Source: a virus | Taxonomy: Duplodnaviria; Heunggongvirae; Uroviricota; Caudoviricetes | IMG/VR virus record: IMGVR_UViG_3300002334_000208 | DNA length: 64,000 bases | Reading direction: 5' to 3' (one strand) | Shown here: positions 8,601 to 18,045 of the stretch, in pieces | Numbering within the stretch: position 1 is the first letter of the stretch | How the letters are laid out: each line of letters starts with the position of its first letter | The notes under the pieces: model-generated | The model's input: only the letters and a program-made list of their open reading frames with translations | Database searches by the model: none | Told to the model about the DNA's origin: nothing | Position numbers and translations under genes: made by a program

Positions 8601-9596
8601 ATGACAACATACATCCAATGTGAATGTGGTAACGAGAACGATCCGACGATGGAATCTGAATGTGGGTATTGCGGCGAGCCGGTAGGTCCTGCAAACAAAG
8701 TCTACGTTGCAAAGAAATTCAACAAAGACCACCAGCACATCATCAGCCGGGCAAACGTATTCATCGAAGAGTATCGCAAGCAGGGTTACAAATTGTCTCT
8801 GCGCCAGCTGTATTACCGCTTCATTGCGAAAGCTTGGTTGCCAAACACTGAGCAATCATACAAACGCCTTGGCAGCATCATTACGGACGCGCGCCTTGCA
8901 GGTGAAATTCCGTTCGACCGTATCGAAGATCGTGGACGCAAATGTAAATTACCATACAACAATGACGAGCCAGCCAGTGTTCTCGATGGTATTGAATATG
9001 CCTATTCCGAAGATCGCTGGGCAACTCAAGACACCTACGTGGAAGTCTGGGTTGAGAAAGATGCTCTGTCAAATGTGATCGAGCGACCATGCAACACTTG
9101 GGATGTTCCGTACATGGCCTGTAAAGGATACATGTCTGCCTCTGCGCAGTGGGACGCTGGCAACCGATTTAAAGCTGCCGAAGCAGAAGGCAAGCGTACC
9201 GTCTTGATTCACCTTGGCGATCACGATCCATCTGGCATCGACATGACAAGAGACAACCAAGTGCGCGTCTCCATGTTTTCCGAATGTGAGGTTGAAATCC
9301 GCCGCATCGCCATGAACATGGATCAGATTGAGAAGTACAGTCCGCCACCCAACCCAACAAAAGTAACCGATAGTCGTGCGAAAGCCTACATGCGAGAATT
9401 TGGTGATACCTCTTGGGAACTCGACGCACTGACTCCATCCGTCATTAGCGATCTGATCTCATCTGAAATCAAAAGCTTCATCGACTTCGAAGCATGGAAT
9501 GCAGCCGGTGAGATTGAGCGTGAGAACCGTGAGATGCTTGCCAAGATCAGCGACAACGCACAGGCTGTGTTGGATTTCGTATCTGAAAACTTCTAA
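8601..9596 (+). CDS. Zn-ribbon + TOPRIM-domain protein (possible DnaG/T7-gp4-type primase)
   Basis: N-terminal CECGN...CGYCGE zinc ribbon; VEVWVEKDAL (conserved Glu) and LIHLGDHDPSGI (DxD) TOPRIM motifs. Confidence 0.4.
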   Translation: MTTYIQCECGNENDPTMESECGYCGEPVGPANKVYVAKKFNKDHQHIISRANVFIEEYRKQGYKLSLRQLYYRFIAKAWLPNTEQSYKRLGSIITDARLAGEIPFDRIEDRGRKCKLPYNNDEPASVLDGIEYAYSEDRWATQDTYVEVWVEKDALSNVIERPCNTWDVPYMACKGYMSASAQWDAGNRFKAAEAEGKRTVLIHLGDHDPSGIDMTRDNQVRVSMFSECEVEIRRIAMNMDQIEKYSPPPNPTKVTDSRAKAYMREFGDTSWELDALTPSVISDLISSEIKSFIDFEAWNAAGEIERENREMLAKISDNAQAVLDFVSENF

Positions 9597-9615
9597 ACAA
9601 ACGACAGGAAACAAT

Positions 9616-10236
9616 ATGACTCACTCACTCACTCATCTCGTACTCACCATTCCATATAAGGAAGTGCATAAAGAAGCCACCAAGGAAAGCAAAATGCGCG
9701 CGGCAATCTCCCGGGCGTTCGGGGAAACAATTGGACGCTGCAATTGGAAACGAGATTTGGTTTTCACAATCACGCCGGAGCAGTACACCCACTTCCTGAT
9801 GTTGATGAACGACATCTATGATTTAATTCCCAAGTGGCTCGTCCAGGTGCGTAACAGAGATGACATGCCAAGGCAAAGAAAAATCTGCAATGCGACCAAA
9901 TATAGAAATAAAGGTATTAGGGGTTGCAGTAGCCGATCAACGCCATCCTATCTGTCATTCTTATTGCGAGCGCCAGCACAAAACTTCAATGGCACCGAGG
10001 CACATCATGCGCCGATAATGATTAATATGGTTAAGAATGTATTCAAAATTGACATTGAAGAAGAGCAAAACGATATCGTAATTCACTGCCGACCGGATCA
10101 GTTTGCCGCATATCTGCTTGCTCGCAAAGATGAGGCTTTTGTCGATAAGATCATAAATATGCAACTCGAAGAAATTACCTCCGAGCAGCTGAATGGAACA
10201 ATGCAATTCGATTGCACCCAGAAAGATGTACAATGA
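9616..10236 (+). CDS. hypothetical protein (start moved to MTHSLTHL)
   Basis: ORF; (ACTC)4 repeat immediately after ATG. Confidence 0.4.
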   Translation: MTHSLTHLVLTIPYKEVHKEATKESKMRAAISRAFGETIGRCNWKRDLVFTITPEQYTHFLMLMNDIYDLIPKWLVQVRNRDDMPRQRKICNATKYRNKGIRGCSSRSTPSYLSFLLRAPAQNFNGTEAHHAPIMINMVKNVFKIDIEEEQNDIVIHCRPDQFAAYLLARKDEAFVDKIINMQLEEITSEQLNGTMQFDCTQKDVQ

Positions 10237-10664
10237 TCAAGAAACTCAGAGCAAAGGTAGACGCCTTGGAATATGAGTTGTCACAGGCAATCGGCGTAGA
10301 AATGATCGACAACATACGCGCTCAGCTGAATGAAGCCAAGCATGAACGCGATCATTATGAAGATGCGCTGGACGTAGAGGTTGAAAAAGACTGCTCGACG
10401 GCATCAGACATCTTGGATAAAGTACAAGAAGACAGCCGGAATTCAATGTACACTCAAGCTAATCGCCGCGATCTTTTGATCGAGTATATCGCCAATGCTT
10501 TAGGCGCTGTTAGAGAAGAAACAGTTGCCGCCATGGATGATATGCATGACCTGCAACCCTTCATGACAGAAGCTCAAAAAATTGCTGACCTTGACATAGG
10601 TAACATGTCTGTGCGAGATATAGCATCGAAACTCAAAGCGGCACACGCTAAGGAAAAAGCATGA
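10233..10664 (+). CDS. coiled-coil protein
   Basis: heptad-rich sequence, ATGA overlap with upstream gene. Confidence 0.4.
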   Translation: MIKKLRAKVDALEYELSQAIGVEMIDNIRAQLNEAKHERDHYEDALDVEVEKDCSTASDILDKVQEDSRNSMYTQANRRDLLIEYIANALGAVREETVAAMDDMHDLQPFMTEAQKIADLDIGNMSVRDIASKLKAAHAKEKA

Positions 10665-11527
10665 CCACAACAGAATATGAAAATTTAAAATCTCAGGTAC
10701 ACGATGGGCTATCCAATGTTGAGCATAAGATAAAAGGCAACGCGCCGTACAAAGAGAAGCTTGACGCAGCTACAAAATTGGTAGCCGCCCGGCAAGCGCT
10801 GGAGACATACAAAAAATGTGCCCCGCCGATGCACGAAGACGCTGCTGCTTTTGAAAGATTAGCTACCGAAGATGTAGATCGCAAAGCTGATAAGATTGTC
10901 GCGCGCCGAGCAAAATTCGCCCGGGATATTGACTCGGTTGCTCTACCCAGCTTGAAAAATTTTGACAGCATTGCAAGTCTCCTTGGCATTAAAGATTCGA
11001 ACTATACCAGCGAGACCGGCAACGCCCTGCATACGTCAATCAACTTCATGATGATCTGCAAATACATTGCTGTGATGGAAGAAAACTATGACGCATTGCT
11101 TGATCAGCAATCATCGCACAACCGCGAGCATTATCTCCCGGATCGTGAGCCCAATGATTTTGAGGTTATTCAAAAAGAGATGGCTGAAACATTCAATCCC
11201 ATGGTCAAATTTCAGGCAGTCGAGGAAAGTAAAAGCATCACACAACGCTGCAAAGAAACACTCGACATACACCGCAAAGAAGATTGGTCTGTCTATCTAA
11301 AACAGGCGCGACTGATCTCATATCTGCAGATCACCGATGTATCTGTAAACGGGATTGCCAAGCGACTCAAATACCTGGCTGAGCAGAGAGACGATCTCAC
11401 TACCGGAGTCGTGCCACCAGCAAAAGTGACTGAATCCAGCGGCACCACGCACATCATCACAGAGACGGTGGACAAGAATACGATCATCATGAATGGACGT
11501 AAAACGGATGGAGGATCATCGATATGA
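10661..11527 (+). CDS. hypothetical protein (288 aa)
   Basis: ORF, operon overlap. Confidence 0.45.
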   Translation: MTTTEYENLKSQVHDGLSNVEHKIKGNAPYKEKLDAATKLVAARQALETYKKCAPPMHEDAAAFERLATEDVDRKADKIVARRAKFARDIDSVALPSLKNFDSIASLLGIKDSNYTSETGNALHTSINFMMICKYIAVMEENYDALLDQQSSHNREHYLPDREPNDFEVIQKEMAETFNPMVKFQAVEESKSITQRCKETLDIHRKEDWSVYLKQARLISYLQITDVSVNGIAKRLKYLAEQRDDLTTGVVPPAKVTESSGTTHIITETVDKNTIIMNGRKTDGGSSI

Positions 11528-11886
11528 TTCAATTCCTAAAACGCATCCGAGCAGTGGGTAACCCATTCCGAAATCCATTCCGCAACTGGCGTGAGATCAC
11601 ACTACGCCAAGTTTGGCGCTTCGTCTGGTTCTGGGCTAAAGCATTAGCCATTGGAGCAGTCGTCATGTGGCTATGGAGCGTGTTTGAGGAAAGTATCGAA
11701 CAACAGAAAGCGCGCGAACGTGCCGGACCTCAAGTTGGGCAGATATTGATCATCAAACCGTTCAATGAACTGGGCAGAGTGGAAAGAATTGAATGCTCTG
11801 TGAGGCCCTGCCTCTATTACATCTTGATGAAAGGTGGAGTGGAGCGCGCAATTACCGGGGACGAAATAATCAGAAACGCAGGTTGA
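11524..11886 (+). CDS. membrane protein, paralog A (KPFNELGRVE motif)
   Basis: TM helix plus motif IIKPFNELGRVERIEC shared with next gene. Confidence 0.45.
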   Translation: MIQFLKRIRAVGNPFRNPFRNWREITLRQVWRFVWFWAKALAIGAVVMWLWSVFEESIEQQKARERAGPQVGQILIIKPFNELGRVERIECSVRPCLYYILMKGGVERAITGDEIIRNAG

Positions 11887-11892
11887 GAATCA

Positions 11893-12180
11893 ATGACTTC
11901 GAAGGTAAAAATAATTTTGTGCATTATTGCATTGGTCGGTGGTCTCGTTATTTTCAACATACGCCAGACCGAACTAGCATTGGAAGCTTCGGTGCCATAT
12001 CGCATGGGTGACATGATAGAATACAAACCGTTCAATGAACTGGGCGTGGTCGAAGATGTATGGTGTGCAGTTAGCACTGAGCGTTGCTTTCTTAAATTAA
12101 CCATACGAGAAGGTAGACAGGTGACAATCGCCGTTGAGAATGTTACTAAAACAATAATAAAAATTGGAGACCGCAAATGA
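11893..12180 (+). CDS. membrane protein, paralog B (KPFNELGVVE motif)
   Basis: TM helix plus IEYKPFNELGVVEDVWC; tandem duplicate of previous gene. Confidence 0.45.
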   Translation: MTSKVKIILCIIALVGGLVIFNIRQTELALEASVPYRMGDMIEYKPFNELGVVEDVWCAVSTERCFLKLTIREGRQVTIAVENVTKTIIKIGDRK

Positions 12181-12419
12181 TTCCTGCCAGAGCTGCAGAA
12201 ATAGCTGATGCTGTGCGAGGCACATGCAAAGCCCTGTATCAAGTTGAAAGCAAAGACTTTGATGATGCCGGGGAAGAGCTGATGCAAGTGAAAGGCTTAC
12301 CTGAGGCATTCGACGCCTTGGTGATGTGCTGCGAGGAATGCGAGTGGTGGGTGGACACCCATGAAATCTCCGACCGGCAATTCTGCCATGAGTGCGAAGA
12401 CAATTCAGATACGGAGTAA
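12177..12419 (+). CDS. Cys-rich small protein (80 aa)
   Basis: CCEECEWW...CHECED cysteine clusters. Confidence 0.4.
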   Translation: MIPARAAEIADAVRGTCKALYQVESKDFDDAGEELMQVKGLPEAFDALVMCCEECEWWVDTHEISDRQFCHECEDNSDTE

Positions 12420-12421
12420 GA

Positions 12422-12781
12422 ATGACCAAGCAAATCATGACCGACGACGAAATTGAATCCAGAGTGACATCAATTGTTTCCACCCCATATGGTGAGAACT
12501 CACTCAAAGGCGCACAGATTTTGACCATCCGCAAAGTGGCAACAAATATTCTGGTGCATCAGCGCAACGCCTATCAGGATTACATCTCTGATCTGGAGCG
12601 CCGGTTAAAGCAAGCAGAAGATAGGGCCGATGTATATCAAGATGCCTACAGAAGACTCCCACCAAATACAAAAGGGTTGTCGTATTATCTCCTGCTATAT
12701 TTGACGATCTGCGCTGCAATGTTTGTGGCGTTCATTTCTTTCGTACCATATAGAACATTTATGGATTGGATTACAGTATAA
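12422..12781 (+). CDS. hypothetical protein with C-terminal TM segment (start moved to MTKQIMT)
   Basis: ORF. Confidence 0.4.
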   Translation: MTKQIMTDDEIESRVTSIVSTPYGENSLKGAQILTIRKVATNILVHQRNAYQDYISDLERRLKQAEDRADVYQDAYRRLPPNTKGLSYYLLLYLTICAAMFVAFISFVPYRTFMDWITV

Positions 12782-12847
12782 GAGGCAATTCACCACGCCA
12801 AACTTAGTAAAACAATACAATCATTTCGACGTTTATTAGGAGTCAAC

Positions 12848-13066
12848 ATGAAGCTACCAAAAACAGAAAACCTGATAAACAACTTTCTGAATGTGTTTAT
12901 CGTTGTGGGCTCGCTCATAGCCGGTGGTATCTGGTGGGCTGTGATCGACCAGAAAAATGCCGAGCGCCAAGCAAATTATGATGCTCAGCTTATGCAGAAT
13001 GCCGAGCGCTCAATGAACATTTACATTGACGCCTTAGGCAAAGGAGAATCCAATGGGAATGATTGA
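12848..13066 (+). CDS. small membrane protein (72 aa)
   Basis: one TM helix. Confidence 0.35.
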   Translation: MKLPKTENLINNFLNVFIVVGSLIAGGIWWAVIDQKNAERQANYDAQLMQNAERSMNIYIDALGKGESNGND

Positions 13067-13235
13067 AGACGGAATTCGCGATCTATATGAAGACGCATCG
13101 GTAGAGCGAGTGAAAAAACTCGCCGGTGACCGCATGGCGCATGCTATCCGGCACAAGCTGAACGAAGGCATGAGCCTTGACGATCTGCGCGCCCTCATGA
13201 GCAAAGTACGCTCGGCAATCAAGAGGCAGACATAA
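13053..13235 (+). CDS. hypothetical protein (60 aa)
   Basis: ORF. Confidence 0.3.
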   Translation: MGMIEDGIRDLYEDASVERVKKLAGDRMAHAIRHKLNEGMSLDDLRALMSKVRSAIKRQT

Positions 13236-13660
13236 TGATAATTTTTGATTTAGATGGCACACTTGCCTTAAACGAACATCGACAACACTTTGTCAAAGGA
13301 CCGAAGGGCGACCGTGATTGGGATGGCTTCTTCGACGCCTGTGGTCAAGATGAACCTAATGCGCCTATCATTGATACCTTGAAAATATTGATTGAAAACC
13401 ATCACGTTGAAATCTGGACAGGGCGCATTGAAAGAGTGAAGGTGAAGACAAAAATCTGGTTGCGCAATCAAGGTCTCGGACGTGTTCCACTTCGGATGCG
13501 CCCAGAGGGTGAGCACTGCCCGGACACTGAACTCAAGCAGCGCTGGATCGATGAAGCATCACTCAATATAACAATGGCGTTTGATGATCGAGATTCTGTC
13601 GTCGCAATGTGGCGTGCGAACGGTATTGTCTGCTGCCAAGTGGCACCGGGGAATTTCTGA
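13235..13660 (+). CDS. HAD-superfamily phosphatase (141 aa)
   Basis: N-terminal MIIFDLDGTL (HAD motif I DxDGT), later D-D acidic motif (FDDRD). Confidence 0.6.
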   Translation: MIIFDLDGTLALNEHRQHFVKGPKGDRDWDGFFDACGQDEPNAPIIDTLKILIENHHVEIWTGRIERVKVKTKIWLRNQGLGRVPLRMRPEGEHCPDTELKQRWIDEASLNITMAFDDRDSVVAMWRANGIVCCQVAPGNF

Positions 13661-13959
13661 TGCACATCAAATGGACAATGCGCCTCGGCGTTCCTCACAA
13701 ATCGTATATCAAAACTCACCACCGTATTATCCAACAACGTGCTGTTTGGGACGACAAAGAAAGTATATACATCTTGTCTGGCTGGGGATTTCCGAGTGAC
13801 TTTTTACTAAAAACGATATCCCTGATCCCACAGTATTTGGAAATACGAATGCCTTTTGGACAGGACAGCTATGTGTTTGGAACTTACCGGACAGATGGCG
13901 ACATGCCGATCCGCTGCCCACACGACCGAGCAATCAACCACTTTCACTGCAACCTTTAG
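13660..13959 (+). CDS. hypothetical protein (start moved to MHIKW)
   Basis: ATGA overlap with HAD gene. Confidence 0.35.
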   Translation: MHIKWTMRLGVPHKSYIKTHHRIIQQRAVWDDKESIYILSGWGFPSDFLLKTISLIPQYLEIRMPFGQDSYVFGTYRTDGDMPIRCPHDRAINHFHCNL

Positions 13960-13967
13960 GAACAAAC

Positions 13968-14255
13968 ATGGACATTGAATTCCCAACACTTGTTGAAATG
14001 ATGGCGCGCAACCTTTGCGAATCCGCTGGTAAAGACCCCAACCACGGCGAGCCCGGAAATTGTCCTGTCTATCCAGGCATGGATGAGAAAAAGTATTTGA
14101 ACGCCGACTACGAATCAGAGTTCAATAAAGACCCAAATGATTCGAAGTATCCACCGGACGATTTTTACAATGGTGACACGATCTGCTATGAGTGGCGCAA
14201 TCATATTTTTGCCGCGCAGAACTTGCTTGTTCTGTTCCAAAAAATGAATAGCTAA
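13968..14255 (+). CDS. hypothetical protein (95 aa)
   Basis: ORF. Confidence 0.4.
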   Translation: MDIEFPTLVEMMARNLCESAGKDPNHGEPGNCPVYPGMDEKKYLNADYESEFNKDPNDSKYPPDDFYNGDTICYEWRNHIFAAQNLLVLFQKMNS

Positions 14256-14533
14256 TGATCGATCTGCCAGACTATCTGCTGTATTCTCTGTCAGTATTCG
14301 TCAGCTTTGTTGCCGTGGCGCTGAAAGGATTCCAGCACAAGAACGTGATTGGCGACCACATGAAGTCGATCTTCTTCACGTCCTATTTGATGGCGGCGTT
14401 CGATGTGTGGGCAGTTAGCTTAATCGTATTAGGAGGCTGGCCTATCGCTCTGACCTCGGGCACCGGCGCAGCATTTGGCATGGTCTTCGCTGTAAAATTT
14501 CACAACAAAATGTATAAGAAAGAAAGCTCATGA
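14255..14533 (+). CDS. membrane protein (92 aa, 2-3 TM)
   Basis: hydrophobic segments. Confidence 0.4.
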   Translation: MIDLPDYLLYSLSVFVSFVAVALKGFQHKNVIGDHMKSIFFTSYLMAAFDVWAVSLIVLGGWPIALTSGTGAAFGMVFAVKFHNKMYKKESS

Positions 14534-14799
14534 CAAAAATGGAAACACCACTAAAACGGTATCCTGTAAAAGAAACCACCCGCGCTAAAATGGATAGCAA
14601 TTTCCGCTTAGTGCCACAACATGATGGTGGCTATCAAGTGCAGGCTGTTCGAAGATCAGGAGGGGATAAAAGAATTCTCAAAACAAGAGACGTTTGCAGG
14701 GTAGCAACACCAGAAGAATTTCAGATTGTTGTCAATAATCTGAGCCGACCTGTACTGCACTTCATTATACCGCCGAGAGATGTAGACAATGAATCCTAA
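14530..14799 (+). CDS. hypothetical protein (89 aa)
   Basis: ORF. Confidence 0.35.
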   Translation: MTKMETPLKRYPVKETTRAKMDSNFRLVPQHDGGYQVQAVRRSGGDKRILKTRDVCRVATPEEFQIVVNNLSRPVLHFIIPPRDVDNES

Positions 14800-15244
14800 T
14801 AGACGCTCATTCTTTGGCATGATGGCGGCTGCGCCATTGATAGCCAAGACCGCTGCAGAAGACGCTGCTAAGAAATTGGCTGGCATCAATCAGCGAGGAC
14901 TCACATCCAGAGTTTTTGTTGGTAATGGTTTCGCCGAATCCCTCGGATCAGATTCTCTACCATTCACTGAACGATTCAGTATTTCAAAATTGGTTCAGAA
15001 ATATCTGCTTAAAAATGGACTGCCGGAGTGGAAGAAAACGGAAATAAGAGAAGGCGCAATGCAGGTCTACAGCTTGAACGCCAACATTGCTGCCATGCGC
15101 AGCCCATCCCTTGTAGGCAAAGTACACATGCAGAGAAAAGTGAATTACAAAGAGGAAGTGGATGCCCTCTACAGACGATTTGCTGAAATGTCTATTGAAG
15201 GGCAGAAAGAGCGCTTCAAGAAGAAATTCAACTTCCATCTATGA
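14789..15244 (+). CDS. protein with twin-arginine (Tat)-like signal peptide
   Basis: N-terminal MNPNRRSFFGMMAAAPLIAKTAA matches S/T-R-R-x-F-L-K Tat motif plus h-region. Confidence 0.45.
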   Translation: MNPNRRSFFGMMAAAPLIAKTAAEDAAKKLAGINQRGLTSRVFVGNGFAESLGSDSLPFTERFSISKLVQKYLLKNGLPEWKKTEIREGAMQVYSLNANIAAMRSPSLVGKVHMQRKVNYKEEVDALYRRFAEMSIEGQKERFKKKFNFHL

Positions 15245-15456
15245 ACACAAAATGCATCATCTGTGGCACTCCGCGACCCACCGACGAAACCGATCCTCTT
15301 TATTGGGTCCAGGTTTCTAAGACCCAAATGGTTGACGGAGTGTGGAGAAACCTCTATGTAGAGGGAATAGACCTGTATCTTTGTGGCATCGAATGCTCGG
15401 CGGCGCAGGTCAAACAAACGAATCAATATGGAGACCGAGATGAAACTTCTGGCTGA
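15241..15456 (+). CDS. zinc-finger small protein
   Basis: CIICGTP...CGIECS. Confidence 0.35.
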   Translation: MNTKCIICGTPRPTDETDPLYWVQVSKTQMVDGVWRNLYVEGIDLYLCGIECSAAQVKQTNQYGDRDETSG

Positions 15457-15548
15457 TTATGAAAAGTTACATACCGAATTATATGAAAAACTTGCTCGCG
15501 CCGTTCAACTACATAATGATCTTCGCAAAAAAGCCAGAGAGGGCTGAC

Positions 15549-15932
15549 ATGAAATCCATTGACATAAAAACAGTAGCCAAACTCATTCACAACATCGAGC
15601 AGCTAGAAAAAGCGCTGCTGCAGATACGTGATGCCACACCAAATGGTTATAGTATCAGGTATGGCGGATATGAATTTAATCCAGCTTTCGCCTTCAATCA
15701 TTTTGGCGGCGGAAATAATGACCATGACGACATGTTCCGGCGCGTCGATTGCCTGTTCAATGAATACCTCTATGACTTGAAGCGCGCTCGCATTATTGAA
15801 CTTGATTCACTGGGCGTAGAATACGTCAAAGATGAAGCACACGGAGACGAAGAAGAAATAGATGATGAGGACGATAATCTACAACCTTCGGATTTTGTTA
15901 TGGGACCTGATGGTCCAATAGGAGGCATGTGA
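15549..15932 (+). CDS. hypothetical acidic protein (start moved to MKSIDIK)
   Basis: ORF. Confidence 0.35.
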   Translation: MKSIDIKTVAKLIHNIEQLEKALLQIRDATPNGYSIRYGGYEFNPAFAFNHFGGGNNDHDDMFRRVDCLFNEYLYDLKRARIIELDSLGVEYVKDEAHGDEEEIDDEDDNLQPSDFVMGPDGPIGGM

Positions 15933-16157
15933 TGTGGCGCCGCGAATACTCAGTCGAAGAAATAGACAAGGCGATCAAGGACTGCCGAGACAACGGTGAA
16001 AAGCCATATGGTTTCCTTGACTACGCCGATCTACGAACCGGCAAATATCGGTATGAATATTTCCTACCTTCCGATTAACCACGTTCCAGTGTTTTGCTTG
16101 TGTTCTAAGAAAATAACGTCTATATGGTATGTAAGAAACAAACACAAGGAAACGCAT

Positions 16158-16361
16158 ATGAACGCTGTGACACATCAACCCGGACGTAGAATTGAAAGCG
16201 TAATTTATGAGACCGGACCATATCGCACCGACATGTGTGGCAAGACAATGCCAATGTCTTTACATCTAACCAGCGAGAAAATCTCTCATGGTCTTGTCAG
16301 CCGGTTGCATAAATATGCATCTGAGCGCATGACAGAATCCGGTCTGCAGATGGCGGGTTAA
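16158..16361 (+). CDS. hypothetical protein (start moved to MNAVTHQ)
   Basis: preceded by TTCTAAGAAAATAACG motif at 16098. Confidence 0.35.
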   Translation: MNAVTHQPGRRIESVIYETGPYRTDMCGKTMPMSLHLTSEKISHGLVSRLHKYASERMTESGLQMAG

Positions 16362-16385
16362 TTCAAACAACAATAAGGAATCCCT

Positions 16386-16655
16386 ATGACAAACCAACTT
16401 TCAGATTTTGACCTAGCCGATATTGAATCGGCGTTCAACGGAAAAATGATTGCATTCACACCTGTTTTTGATGGCTCTCTCGGAGTAGCTGTTGCCAATG
16501 AGAAAGGCTACAGTCCTATCGGCAAGAACATGTATCTTGCCGACGATGATCGGTACGACACGGCATCTACAGAAGCCGACCGGCTTAATGAAAAACTTGG
16601 GCTAACTGACGAAGTGGCTACCAAGATCATCATCACCACGATGTTCGCTGGTTAA
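16386..16655 (+). CDS. hypothetical protein (89 aa)
   Basis: ORF. Confidence 0.4.
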   Translation: MTNQLSDFDLADIESAFNGKMIAFTPVFDGSLGVAVANEKGYSPIGKNMYLADDDRYDTASTEADRLNEKLGLTDEVATKIIITTMFAG

Positions 16656-16731
16656 CCATACCAGCCACTTCCGCTTGCTTCTAAGAAAATAACGGTTATA
16701 TTGAGTTCATCGAAACAAGGAGAATTCAAAA

Positions 16732-16959
16732 ATGACAAACGTTACAACAAACGAATCAGGCGGAAAAGGCAAACGGTTTAAATGGACTATCGAAATTTCT
16801 GTTGATGAGATTTGGGTTGCTGACGGTTTTGATATGACCGACGACCGCGCGACCGAAATGATGCTCACCGAACTTTGTTGGGCTGGAGGACACGAGGTAT
16901 CAGCCAAGGTCCTTGAAACACCGAAACCAGAACGTATCAGAAAAGCTCAGGGAGGGTAA
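16732..16959 (+). CDS. hypothetical protein (75 aa)
   Basis: preceded by TTCTAAGAAAATAACG motif at 16678. Confidence 0.4.
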   Translation: MTNVTTNESGGKGKRFKWTIEISVDEIWVADGFDMTDDRATEMMLTELCWAGGHEVSAKVLETPKPERIRKAQGG

Positions 16960-16968
16960 AAAACCCAC

Positions 16969-17310
16969 ATGAACGACAAATTACTTATCGCACTGCTTCA
17001 AGAAGTATCAGTGACAGACATGTACATGGCTTTGGAAGCAACCGCCAACCAAGCGTGTAAAACAGCCGATGAATTGTTTACTCAAGCCGAGATTTCTGCA
17101 TATGAGAACGCGGAAAAAGCCGGTGTCAACCATGATGATATTTTTGAAAAAGAGAAAAATTGGCAGGGGTGGCACACAACACATGCTCACATCATTGAAA
17201 AATATGCTGATCGGGACACGTTAGAATTCGCAAAAGCTTTTGAAAGGCGTTGCGCAGATATCAGTCTTATGCAAACATTTCTGGAGAAGCTTGCAGCAGG
17301 TAATGTTTAA
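16969..17310 (+). CDS. hypothetical protein (113 aa)
   Basis: ORF. Confidence 0.4.
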   Translation: MNDKLLIALLQEVSVTDMYMALEATANQACKTADELFTQAEISAYENAEKAGVNHDDIFEKEKNWQGWHTTHAHIIEKYADRDTLEFAKAFERRCADISLMQTFLEKLAAGNV

Positions 17311-17657
17311 TGATCTTCTACCATAATGGGCGATCCGACTTTTTCACCATGAAGGCTGGCGTTCTCGCCAGTCTAAAAACGCACAACGAAAAGTACGACG
17401 AAAAATTGCATATGATGTCGATCAAGAATCGCGAAGAAATCGTGGCTCTTCTCAATTACATTTGCATGCGGCATACGAAGGCCGAACCTGCACCATTCAG
17501 CGCTGGCATTCAATCTCCGCTCGGTGGAACGTTTGAACCCAAGCACACCGATGATGAAGACATACCCGATTGCGTACCCGATTTTATCCGCAAAGCAATG
17601 GGTCATATTTCACGCGCCGAGAGCGCAAAACTTCGAGAGGAAAAAACTGATGTTTAA
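17310..17657 (+). CDS. hypothetical protein (115 aa)
   Basis: ORF. Confidence 0.4.
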   Translation: MIFYHNGRSDFFTMKAGVLASLKTHNEKYDEKLHMMSIKNREEIVALLNYICMRHTKAEPAPFSAGIQSPLGGTFEPKHTDDEDIPDCVPDFIRKAMGHISRAESAKLREEKTDV

Positions 17658-17750
17658 ATGGACAACTTATGCCATCGTTATTTCATTCACAATTTGGGGT
17701 TGTTTATATGCAATACCCACTGCAGTGCAGACGCTAGGAGGCGTAAACTA

Positions 17751-17936
17751 ATGGCGAAGACTAGAAAAAGAGTGACCATGCTTGTCACAGTATCCGTACC
17801 GGTTGGGCGCACTGCTGCCTTTGCTCGCAAAGAGGTGAAAGAACTCATCAGCGAAGGCGCTGGTTATTACACCTACGCCGGTGAAGAAGTTAAATGCATC
17901 AGCGCTCGCCCGATGCCAAGACAGAGGGTCTGGTAA
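17751..17936 (+). CDS. hypothetical basic protein (start moved to MAKTRKR)
   Basis: ORF. Confidence 0.3.
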   Translation: MAKTRKRVTMLVTVSVPVGRTAAFARKEVKELISEGAGYYTYAGEEVKCISARPMPRQRVW

Positions 17937-18045
17937 TGTTTCAGGGCTTAGGTAAAGATATAGATAAGATGCTCTGGACGTTTGGTATCGCCATTGGTTT
18001 AGTTGTCTTTGGCATTGCTTTTGGTGCAGGATATGCAACGGCGGT

